DNA from: a virus
Lineage: Duplodnaviria > Caudoviricetes
DNA length: 36,449 nt
Reading direction: 5' to 3' (one strand)
Virus record (IMG/VR): IMGVR_UViG_3300047457_000647
Coordinates: 1-36,449 of that record
Shown one piece after another: positions 8,479-17,374 of the stretch. The stretch's first letter is position 1. The number at the start of each line of letters is the position of its first letter. The position numbers were made by a program, and so were the translations under genes. The notes under the pieces are model-generated. The model was not told where the DNA came from, ran no database searches, and saw only the letters and a program-made list of their open reading frames with translations.

Positions 8479-9956
8479 TGCACGCACGCAACCGCACATG
8501 GCCTCTCGGTCAGTCACCGGAGGAGCGATGCCGCCAGCGCATCCTTCCCATCGAAGGCGGCGACGGCTCCACGCTGACGCTTGACTTCACCACTGGCGTC
8601 CTCGACCCGCGCCTGACGTTCACGCGAACGAGCGGCGGAACGTACACCGGAAACGATGGCTTGGTGTACGGCATGGACTTCGCCACCAGCAGTTTGCTTG
8701 CCATCGGAACTGGGTCGAAGTCGGTGATCTTGACGGCGACGGCTGGCGTTGACCGCCGCTACCTCGTCGGGCAGACGGTCTACATCAGCAACGGCGCGAA
8801 CAACATGAGCGGCCCGGTGACGGCCTACAACGCATCGACGCAGGTGTTGACGATCAACGCGACGGCGACGAGCGGCAGCGGCTCGTTCATTTCATGGACG
8901 GTCGGCAATGCCTCCGCTCGCTTTGACCACGACCCGACCACGGGTTCGCCGCGAGGGCTGCTGATTGAGGGTCAAAGTGTCAATCTTGCGCCCAACTCTA
9001 ATTTGCAAGCAGCATGGGCCGGGTTTTCTAATACGACACTTACGCCAAACACCACAGATGTTGTGTCGCCTGATGGCACATATAACGCCGCAAAGGTGGC
9101 GTTGACCAGCACTGGATACTGCTCTCGGTTTGAGTCCATCGCCGGACTTGCAAACGCGACCACGTACACGTTCTCGTATTGGATTCGCGGAACTGCCGGA
9201 AATCAACAGCGCGTGTATTCCACCACGCAAAGCGTGGACTTGGTGACGCAAAGCAATCTGACGTATACCAGCACGGGATGGACGAGGGTACAAATTACAT
9301 TCACTTCTGGAGTGGCAAACAATACGGTCCTTATTTATGTTGCATCGCGTCCGACCGGGACGGTGAATGACGTTCTTTACATTTGGGGAGCGCAACTTGA
9401 AGTTGGGTCTGCCGCGTCTAGCCATATCTTGACAGGGGCGAGTCAGGGGACGAGGAATGCGGACCATTGCACGATGCCGACTTCTTCGTTCGTTACTGGT
9501 CCGCTGTATCCGCAGACTTTGTTCGTTGAGTGCATCCCCGCTACGCCAAGCACGGCCTTTCCCGACATCGTGAGGTTGTTTGACCGCACCGCTGGCGGGA
9601 CATTCAATTACGGAAACGAAATCTACTACTTCAGTGCTGCAACCATGTCCGTCCAGCGGAAGATCAATTCATCTTCTGGAACAGATCGCGCACTTGCAAG
9701 CGGTCTGACCTACAACACTCGGCACAAGTTTGCGACCGCCATTGATTCTTCGTCTTTCATCGGGTCATACGATGGCTTGACGGGAAGCGGTGCAACAACC
9801 GCCGCATCCGCACTTGCATCGCAAGTGACGCACCTTGGTGTCGGATGCAATGGGGATGCAACTCCGGTATCGGTCATGTTTGGAACCGTGCGCCAAATCA
9901 AGTTCTATCCGTTCGCAATGTCGCAGTCTCAACTAAACGCCCTGACCACCTTGTAA
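8478..9956 (+). CDS. Head spike/fibre protein with carbohydrate-binding and LamG-like domains
   Basis: LDF..LDPRLTFTR, ARFDHDPTTG.PRGLLIEGQSVNL, YIWGAQLEVGS.ASS.I.T....TRNAD, and C-terminal SQSQLNALT. Confidence 0.75.
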   Translation: MHARNRTWPLGQSPEERCRQRILPIEGGDGSTLTLDFTTGVLDPRLTFTRTSGGTYTGNDGLVYGMDFATSSLLAIGTGSKSVILTATAGVDRRYLVGQTVYISNGANNMSGPVTAYNASTQVLTINATATSGSGSFISWTVGNASARFDHDPTTGSPRGLLIEGQSVNLAPNSNLQAAWAGFSNTTLTPNTTDVVSPDGTYNAAKVALTSTGYCSRFESIAGLANATTYTFSYWIRGTAGNQQRVYSTTQSVDLVTQSNLTYTSTGWTRVQITFTSGVANNTVLIYVASRPTGTVNDVLYIWGAQLEVGSAASSHILTGASQGTRNADHCTMPTSSFVTGPLYPQTLFVECIPATPSTAFPDIVRLFDRTAGGTFNYGNEIYYFSAATMSVQRKINSSSGTDRALASGLTYNTRHKFATAIDSSSFIGSYDGLTGSGATTAASALASQVTHLGVGCNGDATPVSVMFGTVRQIKFYPFAMSQSQLNALTTL

Positions 9957-9959
9957 ACC

Positions 9960-10268
9960 ATGACCGACTTTATGCTCCGCACGAATACGCAGGATCAGAT
10001 GGACGATGCGCTCATTGCCGCAGGGCTGGCGCAGGAGGTCACCGACCCGGACGGCGAGGTCACCGTTGCACCCGTTGGCTGCGCCATCGACCACATCGGG
10101 CCGATCCCGACGCGGCTTGACCCCGAGGATCCGAGCGTCATCCTGAAGCCGGGTGACGCCCGCTGGCACACGAACATCCGCGTGACGGTGGAACTGACGC
10201 AGGCGCAGATCGACGCGCTGCCGACCTTCACGCCGACGCCCGGGATCCCGTACCGCGTGTTTATCTGA
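9960..10268 (+). CDS. Spike-associated small protein (possible chaperone)
   Basis: AIDHIGPI..DARWHTNIRV..P.IPYRVF pattern; directly follows the spike gene. Confidence 0.65.
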   Translation: MTDFMLRTNTQDQMDDALIAAGLAQEVTDPDGEVTVAPVGCAIDHIGPIPTRLDPEDPSVILKPGDARWHTNIRVTVELTQAQIDALPTFTPTPGIPYRVFI

Positions 10269-10486
10269 TGAGACAAGACATGACGCTCGAACACACGAAT
10301 ACCACCGTCCGCCTGTCCGCCCGCGACTGGATCGCCATCGTCGGAATCACCCTGTCGGTGTGCGGTGGCGTCCTTGCCGCCTTCATCCACCACGATCGCC
10401 TGCTGATGCGGGTGGTGACGCAGCAGGAGTCGATGGCCGAGCGCCTGCACAAGATCGAGGCCAGCCTTGAGATTGATCGTCGCTAG
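10268..10486 (+). CDS. Holin-like single-TM protein
   Basis: WIAIVGITLSVCGGVLAAFI TM followed by a coiled coil; alternative start at 10280. Confidence 0.55.
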   Translation: MRQDMTLEHTNTTVRLSARDWIAIVGITLSVCGGVLAAFIHHDRLLMRVVTQQESMAERLHKIEASLEIDRR

Positions 10487-10958
10487 TTTCCTTCTTGCCG
10501 GGTGCTCCGCCTCGGAGCGGATTGCGTCCAACGCCAGCGCCATCCAGCGCGAGGCGAAGGACGTGGTTGCCATCGGCAAGGAGACTGGAGACGGTCGGCT
10601 GGAGGCCAAGGGCAACACGATCTACGACCTCGCGTCTGGCATCCACGAGGTGCTTCCGCGGGTCGAGGATCAGGTTCCGGCGTGGATGAGCCTGCTCGGG
10701 TGGGCTTTCCTTGCCGTGGTGCTGGTGGCCGTCGTGGTGATCCTGTGGCAGACCGGCCTCGGCACCGCCATCCGGGTGGCAATCGGCTGGATTCCGCGGG
10801 CAAAGCGCGTGGACGCCTCGCTTGCGGTTGACGTGATGGACACGGACAAGCCGGAGTCCGTGCGGGAGTACGTGGCTGCCCGGCGGGCGTCCGACCCCGA
10901 GTTCGATTCGGCATTCAAGAAGGCCCGACGGGCCAAGGAAACCCATGATTCTCGCTGA
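10467..10958 (+). CDS. Lipoprotein with internal TM segment (spanin-like)
   Basis: TTG start, lipobox LLAG-C, TM WMSLLGWAFLAVVLVAVVVILW. Confidence 0.65.
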   Translation: MRLIVASFLLAGCSASERIASNASAIQREAKDVVAIGKETGDGRLEAKGNTIYDLASGIHEVLPRVEDQVPAWMSLLGWAFLAVVLVAVVVILWQTGLGTAIRVAIGWIPRAKRVDASLAVDVMDTDKPESVREYVAARRASDPEFDSAFKKARRAKETHDSR

Positions 10959-11055
10959 CATCTCGTCCTTCCTCGGTTCGGTGTTCTTCGCCCTGCTGTG
11001 CGGGGTGGTCGGATTCGTGGCCGGGTATGTGATCCGTGGCCGCCGCCAGTTCTAA
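10945..11055 (+). CDS. Small membrane protein (36 aa)
   Basis: MILADISSFLGSVFFALLCGVVGFVAGYVIRGRRQF; SD AAGGA; below the ORF-track cutoff. Confidence 0.7.
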   Translation: MILADISSFLGSVFFALLCGVVGFVAGYVIRGRRQF

Positions 11056-11074
11056 TTAGCGCCGAGGAACACCC

Positions 11075-12289
11075 ATGCCGATCAAGTTGCAGATTCGACG
11101 CGGTACGGCTTCGCAGTGGACGTCGGCAAACCCGACGCTGCTTGCAGGTGAAATCGGGTACGAGACCGACACCGGCAATTTCAAGGTCGGCGACAACTCG
11201 ACCGCATGGACATCGCTTGCGTACCAGTTTCCATACGCAACGGGAACGAAGGCGCTCGATACCACGACGCTCGTGGTCGATCAGACGAATGACCGAATTG
11301 GCATTGGAACCTCATCCCCGCTATCGCAGTTACATGTCGAGAGCGCGGCTCCGGTACTGCGTTTTCGGGATACAGGAGCGGATGCTGGCACGCATTCGCT
11401 CATCAGCGCCGACAACGTGGATGGCACGCTAACGATCAGCGCAGATGCAGGAAACAACACCGGAACGAGCAGTGTATCAAAGATCCAGTTTGTCGTCGAT
11501 GGGACAACGACAAGCACCGTGCTGCCGAATGCGGTTGGAATCGGCACCAGTGCTCCTGTGACAAATCTGCACATTGAATCGGCGTCTGCAACAATTCGCC
11601 TTCGTGACACGGATGGCCCTGCAAACGCATATTCCCAGATCGTTTCTAATAATGCCGATGGCAGCATCACCATTGACGCAGATCCGGCAGGCGCCGGAAC
11701 TGGAGCATCGTCTGTCTCGCTGTCAGTCGATGGAGCGACCCGCGTTCAAGCGACGACGACTGGGGCAACCATCAATGGCATCTGCGCTGCAACGACGTTC
11801 TCTGGATCAGGTGCATCGTTGTCGGCGAACACGATTCCTCATAGCGCGCTCACCAATTTGGCGGCCGCGGGATTTTTGGGCCGAAATGCTGCTGGCGCCG
11901 TTTCTGCGCTTACCGTTGCAACGGCACAAACAATGCTTGGTCTTGGAAGTTTGGCCTATTTGTCAAGCATCGAGTTAGTCAACGATGTAACACTCAACTA
12001 TGGTAATGGTGACAACACGCTTGATTTCTCCACACTGAAGGAGGGAATCAACTTTCTCAGAATCATTTGGAATACCTCACCCGGAGTTACTAGTTACGCA
12101 AAAATTCAACTTACCGCTGGTGAGTTTGGGTACGGCCTATGGATTGGAACTAACAATGCCGGTTTCAACCCAGTAAATCCCTACTCCGGTCCTTTCAATA
12201 ACTTGGGGACTGGACTTTATACCCCAATTACTGTTGGCGGCAATCTGACTGGTCAGGTTGCTTATTACGCCGTTCTTCGGTTTGCATAA
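11075..12289 (+). CDS. Tail fibre / receptor-binding protein with Mtd_N-type N-terminus
   Basis: IKLQIRRGTASQWTSANPTLLAGEIGYETDTGNFKVGD..W..L.Y, then two GIGT..P...LH repeats. Confidence 0.85.
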   Translation: MPIKLQIRRGTASQWTSANPTLLAGEIGYETDTGNFKVGDNSTAWTSLAYQFPYATGTKALDTTTLVVDQTNDRIGIGTSSPLSQLHVESAAPVLRFRDTGADAGTHSLISADNVDGTLTISADAGNNTGTSSVSKIQFVVDGTTTSTVLPNAVGIGTSAPVTNLHIESASATIRLRDTDGPANAYSQIVSNNADGSITIDADPAGAGTGASSVSLSVDGATRVQATTTGATINGICAATTFSGSGASLSANTIPHSALTNLAAAGFLGRNAAGAVSALTVATAQTMLGLGSLAYLSSIELVNDVTLNYGNGDNTLDFSTLKEGINFLRIIWNTSPGVTSYAKIQLTAGEFGYGLWIGTNNAGFNPVNPYSGPFNNLGTGLYTPITVGGNLTGQVAYYAVLRFA

Positions 12290-14463
12290 TGCCATACGCG
12301 CCGGTCACACTTCCGTTTCGCGGCATCAGCGTTGATTCGTCGTATTCCTCGCTGCCACCGGGATTCACGTCGCAGTCGATAAACGTTGTCCCATACGACT
12401 CATATAAGGGAAGATTGCGTCTTGGGCAGCGAAGGCCGCTGCTCGGCGCATACGAGTTCAACGACACTTCTCCGGCAGTCACCCGTGAAGTGCAGGCAAT
12501 TCTTCGTGCAGACGCTTATATCAGTGGCGTCTTGACGCAGCGATGCGTCGTGGTTGCTGGTGGAGAGGTATTCGTGATCGACAACGCCGGGGCAGCGACG
12601 AAGGTTGCACGGGACGCCGGGATTGCTGCGATGAAATCCACCGGGCACATTGGCGCAGCAGTATTCGGCCAGTACTGCTATTTCGCCGATGGAACGTATT
12701 ACCGCAAAGTTGACATCACGCAGACGGTTGCGCAACTGACGACTGCTGCTACGGGCGTGCTTGATTGGACTCATGCCAACGGGCCATACAACTATGTCGG
12801 AACCGCAAGCGACCGCGCAACATTGCTCGTTCGATTCGGCGGACGCCTCGCGCTTTCTGGCGTGAAGGCTGCGCCAAACAACTGGTTTTTGTGCCACATC
12901 AACAATCCTGACGACTGGAACCCGAGCACCAATGCCCACGATGCGGTTGCCGGTGTGTCGTCCACGCGATTCGGCGTTCCCGGTGAGCCGATCGTTGCCC
13001 TCGTTCCGGTTGGCGAAAGCGGGCTTTTGTTCGCCGGTCGCCATACGATGACGTATCTCACCGCTGATCCTGTCGTCACCGATGCGAGATTGATTGAACT
13101 GTCGCGTTCGGTTGGAATCGTGAGCGAGCGGGCATGGTGCGCAAGCGATGCGCAGACCATTTACATGATGGCACAAGATGGTCTGTATCGCGTGCAGCCG
13201 AACGACTTTCAGGTCACGAAAAGCAGCCGAGTGACCGGCGGTCGTCTCGACACCTTCTTTCAGCAGCAACGTTTTGATGCGTTGAATTGCGTTCTCGGAT
13301 ATGACGCCGAAGCACAGAATGTCATTTGCATCATGTCTCGCGTTGATCTTCCCGGATCGAGCGTGCATCTGCTGTACAGCCAAGCGACTGATTCGTTTTG
13401 GCCGTGGCGGACGGGGTGGCCGTCTTTTCAGGCGCCGACATGCTGCGGAGATTTCCCGTTCGGCGATGCCAGAGCGCCAATTCTCGCGTTTGGCAGTTCA
13501 AATGGGTACATCGGATGGTTCGACAGGGATTTGACGTCGGGAGTTGATGGGCAGGCGGCCGTTGGTTACAAGAGCGTTTCCGATTTCACGGTCACGAACA
13601 CGCAGGCTGCTTCGCAGAAGGTTTCCAGCCTCATCACGTTTGGGCCGGTGTTGCAGCCAACGCTTGAGCAGTTGATCCTGAAAGACGTTCGCTGCGAACT
13701 TTCGATGGATGAACCGTCGGAGAACGCCGTATTTTCGACGCCGATTCAGCGGTTGACCGGACCATTCTTGTCCGTGCTGTCAGGCCAAACGGCCGAGGAA
13801 GCGATCGGAGAGAACATCGTCGCGGTCACGGTGGCCGTCGATCCGGACTTTCCAGCCGTGACAATCAGTGCTGGTACTTCCACAGACTTCACGCCGACTG
13901 CGACCTACGACTGCGGTGCGTACAACCAGTCATGGAACACGGCAACAGACAAGGCTCTTGACCTTTTCTTTGCGCAGGAGATTGCCGGAACGTACCAAAC
14001 GGCTGACACGCTCATAACAGATCCGACCGAGCGTACATACATCAACGGTACGTATCGAGTGTTCAACACCGGGACGGCGCCGCCGAATACCGATTGGTAC
14101 ATCCAGCATGACGTGGCCTCTCCGCAGGACATGTATCAAAGGGACGAGTCGATGCCGGGCGCGTCCTCCGATACTCCCGGCGGAACATATACCTACATGT
14201 CGGAACAGACCGCGCTTCTGTTTCCGTTGCCGTCTGACATCACGGCTCCGCGTTACGTGGTCAGCAGTGCGACGTACGACAACACAAACAGCAACCTGCT
14301 CGGAACCCTGCTTCCCGGGAGGAATGATTCGTTCCGATGCAGGATCAGGGACCAAGCGGCATATGTTCGCATAGAAAGTCTCGGAGTCCCGTGGGCGATT
14401 GAGCGCATGTCTGTCATGCTTGAGGCCCGCGGACACACGAAGAACGTGAAGGGAACATACTGA
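12289..14463 (+). CDS. Tail nozzle / tail tubular protein B (P22 gp10-like beta-propeller)
   Basis: 724 aa beta-rich; NPDDW, GEPIVAL, SRSVGIVSERAW motifs; precedes the ejection genes. Confidence 0.7.
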   Translation: MPYAPVTLPFRGISVDSSYSSLPPGFTSQSINVVPYDSYKGRLRLGQRRPLLGAYEFNDTSPAVTREVQAILRADAYISGVLTQRCVVVAGGEVFVIDNAGAATKVARDAGIAAMKSTGHIGAAVFGQYCYFADGTYYRKVDITQTVAQLTTAATGVLDWTHANGPYNYVGTASDRATLLVRFGGRLALSGVKAAPNNWFLCHINNPDDWNPSTNAHDAVAGVSSTRFGVPGEPIVALVPVGESGLLFAGRHTMTYLTADPVVTDARLIELSRSVGIVSERAWCASDAQTIYMMAQDGLYRVQPNDFQVTKSSRVTGGRLDTFFQQQRFDALNCVLGYDAEAQNVICIMSRVDLPGSSVHLLYSQATDSFWPWRTGWPSFQAPTCCGDFPFGDARAPILAFGSSNGYIGWFDRDLTSGVDGQAAVGYKSVSDFTVTNTQAASQKVSSLITFGPVLQPTLEQLILKDVRCELSMDEPSENAVFSTPIQRLTGPFLSVLSGQTAEEAIGENIVAVTVAVDPDFPAVTISAGTSTDFTPTATYDCGAYNQSWNTATDKALDLFFAQEIAGTYQTADTLITDPTERTYINGTYRVFNTGTAPPNTDWYIQHDVASPQDMYQRDESMPGASSDTPGGTYTYMSEQTALLFPLPSDITAPRYVVSSATYDNTNSNLLGTLLPGRNDSFRCRIRDQAAYVRIESLGVPWAIERMSVMLEARGHTKNVKGTY

Positions 14464-15290
14464 TGGGACTGTTCAGCAACCTGTTCGGCGGAAAGCGTGA
14501 TTATCGTGCGGCGATCAATCGCATGGAATCCGGATATGCCGAGGTACGGACCTATTCGTCTGCGGAATACGGCAAGTTGATCGACGAGTTCCTGAAGGAA
14601 CGCACGGCCAATGCCGAGGTGTATTCCACGAACTACCGGGAAGCCGTTGACCGATATTCCAGCGTCATGGCCCAGAGCCGCGAAGCATTCAAGGCTGCCG
14701 GTGCGGAGGCGTACAAGACGCTCGAAGCGGGCCGCGAGTCCACGCTTGCGTTGCTGAAGCAGGATACCGACGCGGCGGTCGCCCGCCAGACGCTTTCCGG
14801 GATGCTGACCGGGCTGTCGAATACGACGTTTGGGCAGGCAGCCATCAATGCCGTGTCTGCACAGGGTGCCCTTCAGGCCGGTGCAGTCCGCGAGCAGTAT
14901 GCGCAGACGCTCTATCAGGCGCAGATGGCGCAGGCCGGTGCGCTTGCCGGAATGGAGCAGCAGGCCGCGCAATCGCTGTTCGGGGCCGGACTCGGATCGG
15001 CGCAATACCTGTCAGGCCAGTACCAGCAGTACACCGCGGCAGCACAGGCTGCCCGCGAGGCAAATATCCAGCAGCAGTTGGCGCTTCGGACACGTCCTAT
15101 TGAATCCCGATATGCCGCCGAAACACAGCAGGCGATGCAGAGCATGCAGGCTGGTCAGGCCTTCGGCGGCGCACTGCTTGGCGCTGGCGTCGGCGCTCTC
15201 GCCGAGGGAATCGGAGGGATGCTGCCGAAGTTCGGAAACTTCGGCGGCGGAGGCGGTGGTGGCCCGCTTCAGCCGATCGTGGTTCGCTGA
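14463..15290 (+). CDS. Internal virion / DNA-ejection protein (putative)
   Basis: A/Q/G-rich helical protein, MGLFSNLFGG start, Gly-rich hydrophobic C-terminus. Confidence 0.65.
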   Translation: MGLFSNLFGGKRDYRAAINRMESGYAEVRTYSSAEYGKLIDEFLKERTANAEVYSTNYREAVDRYSSVMAQSREAFKAAGAEAYKTLEAGRESTLALLKQDTDAAVARQTLSGMLTGLSNTTFGQAAINAVSAQGALQAGAVREQYAQTLYQAQMAQAGALAGMEQQAAQSLFGAGLGSAQYLSGQYQQYTAAAQAAREANIQQQLALRTRPIESRYAAETQQAMQSMQAGQAFGGALLGAGVGALAEGIGGMLPKFGNFGGGGGGGPLQPIVVR

Positions 15291-15337
15291 TCGAGGCGCT
15301 ACGGAAAGCAACCGGACACGAACACGGAGATCGAATC

Positions 15338-15838
15338 ATGGCACGGCAGGCAACCTCACAGAGCGACACCTACTTCGACGCACCGAGCGAACCGTCTCCG
15401 TCAGGATGGGACAAGTTCCTGACCGGCACGGCGCGCATCGGCGGCAGTTTCCTGTCCGGCTTCGCTGCTGGCCTTCAGGGCTACGACCCGCGGAACGAAT
15501 ACAGTTCGTTCGGTGCGGCCATTGCCGGTGCGACGCCCGGGCTTCAGGCTGCGCTTCGCCGCCCTGCGCAGGAACAGCAGGCGGCGTTCCTGCGGCAGCA
15601 GAAGCGTCTCGACGAACTTTCCGAATTGGAAACCGGCATCGAGATGCAGCGCAGGAATGTTGCAGGTGCCAGCGTCATTCCCGGCGGAGAGGCCATTTCT
15701 GGGATCAGTGCTGGAATCGCGAAGCCACAGCCATCGAAGCCAAGCACCGAGCCATTTGAGTTCAAGTTGTTCAGCGCAGGTCCGCCGACCACTTCGGCGG
15801 AAAGCGTGCTGCGACTGATGCAGGGAGGAAAGCGATGA
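15338..15838 (+). CDS. Internal virion protein (putative)
   Basis: 166 aa, SD GGAG, ATGA coupling to the next gene. Confidence 0.6.
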   Translation: MARQATSQSDTYFDAPSEPSPSGWDKFLTGTARIGGSFLSGFAAGLQGYDPRNEYSSFGAAIAGATPGLQAALRRPAQEQQAAFLRQQKRLDELSELETGIEMQRRNVAGASVIPGGEAISGISAGIAKPQPSKPSTEPFEFKLFSAGPPTTSAESVLRLMQGGKR

Positions 15839-17370
15839 GTGCGCTGCCGAACATGCCGGAGCCGACCGACTTCTCGAAGCAGGCTCCGTTTCGCCTGAAC
15901 GAAGGGTTTGCGCAGCAGGAGCAGCCGCAGGAGGCTCCTGACGTCCTTGGTGACGACGAGTTGCTTCGCGCTTCCGCGATGGACGCACGCGGGTCACGCC
16001 AGATCGCCCCGTTCGCCACGTATGAGGCTGTCGATGCCGCGATCGAGGATGGCTACTACACGGGCCTTGAGGCGCTTGACTTCGGAACGCTTGCCGACGG
16101 CACCCCTGCCGCGATGTTCACCGACAAGAACGGCGTCCGTCAGGCCGTCCGAATGTCCGAGGAAAAGTGGTTCGCCGCCATGCAGCAGCGTGCGCAGGGG
16201 CGAATCGCCCTTGCGCAGCAGATGCGCACCAAGCGAGACGCCGACCGCCTGCGCCCATCCATCGCGAAGATGGCGAAGGAACTTGAGGCATATGCCCCGG
16301 GTCTTGCGCAGTACGCGGAGATCGGGCTTGAGCGCGATCCCGGCCGTGCCTACGCCGAGATGCAGGACTACTACTCCAAGATCAAGGCGCAGGACATGGC
16401 TGCGCTTCAGGAGTTGCAGTTCAAGATCGCCAAGACCAACGAGGAGATGACGCAGGCGATCGCCGACAACTGGGCGACCAAGACGAACGAGGAATACCAG
16501 ATGATGCAGGAGGGGTTCCTCAACGACTCCTCCATTCCGGAGGAGGTTCGGACGCAGCGTGCGCTGGAGATGCGCCGTTGGCAGAAGAACGTCGAGCGGT
16601 TCGCGTACCTCATTCCTCCTGCTGACCAGATCCGCCAGAACTACAGTTTCGTGCAGTGGTTCGTCGGGCAGGATCCGGCGGCTCTCACCGACCTTGCGGA
16701 CATGACCATGCAGACCTTCGGGGAGCACAACCTGAAGGGCTACCCGGAGCAGATGCGGCTTCCCGTGCTCGTCCAGAAGGCGCAGGAACTTGCCCGCAAC
16801 CTGAACTGGACCCGTCCGTTCAGCCAGACGGACGTGCAGCAGGTCGCTGCCGTCATCCAGCAGCGGATGTACGGCGGCATCTCGGCGGCTCCGGTCATGC
16901 GGATTGCGCAGCCGGAGGAAGTGTCGCAGTTGAGTCCATACAGCCAAGCGATGCTGCGAGGCGCGCAGGGCCAGATTGCCCGCGGCGAGGAGGCTGCGCA
17001 GTACGAGCGCCGTCTGCGCGAGGCCAAGTTGGAGTCCGAGCGCACCCGTGCCGAGCGGACGACGGCGGAGGCCGGTCGTGCCGCGGCTGGCGCGGAGCGT
17101 ACCCGGGCCGAGACCGACATCATGCGGTCGATCGGCGGCGGAGGCGCTCCGGAGGCCGCTGCCGCCCCGCAGGCTGCCGCCCCGTCCATCAACGAGTCCC
17201 GCGTCCGATCTGCCTTGGCCGCGGCTGGCGTCGAAATCCCGGATTCCGGCAATCTGCCGGAGGACATCATGGTGGCCGCGCAGCAGTTGCGGGCCGCGGG
17301 TCCGCAGGGTCGGTCCCGGCTGATGGAATTGCAGAGGGTGCTCGGAACTTTCCGCCAGACGGGACAATAA
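15835..17370 (+). CDS. Internal virion / ejection protein (putative)
   Basis: 511 aa, helical, A/Q/E-rich; position. Confidence 0.65.
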   Translation: MSALPNMPEPTDFSKQAPFRLNEGFAQQEQPQEAPDVLGDDELLRASAMDARGSRQIAPFATYEAVDAAIEDGYYTGLEALDFGTLADGTPAAMFTDKNGVRQAVRMSEEKWFAAMQQRAQGRIALAQQMRTKRDADRLRPSIAKMAKELEAYAPGLAQYAEIGLERDPGRAYAEMQDYYSKIKAQDMAALQELQFKIAKTNEEMTQAIADNWATKTNEEYQMMQEGFLNDSSIPEEVRTQRALEMRRWQKNVERFAYLIPPADQIRQNYSFVQWFVGQDPAALTDLADMTMQTFGEHNLKGYPEQMRLPVLVQKAQELARNLNWTRPFSQTDVQQVAAVIQQRMYGGISAAPVMRIAQPEEVSQLSPYSQAMLRGAQGQIARGEEAAQYERRLREAKLESERTRAERTTAEAGRAAAGAERTRAETDIMRSIGGGGAPEAAAAPQAAAPSINESRVRSALAAAGVEIPDSGNLPEDIMVAAQQLRAAGPQGRSRLMELQRVLGTFRQTGQ

Positions 17371-17374
17371 GCAC

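Noticed and set aside
11075-12289. Diversity-generating retroelement targeting the Mtd_N fibre
   Set aside because: No reverse transcriptase and no TR/VR repeat pair seen; Mtd_N alone is only an attachment domain
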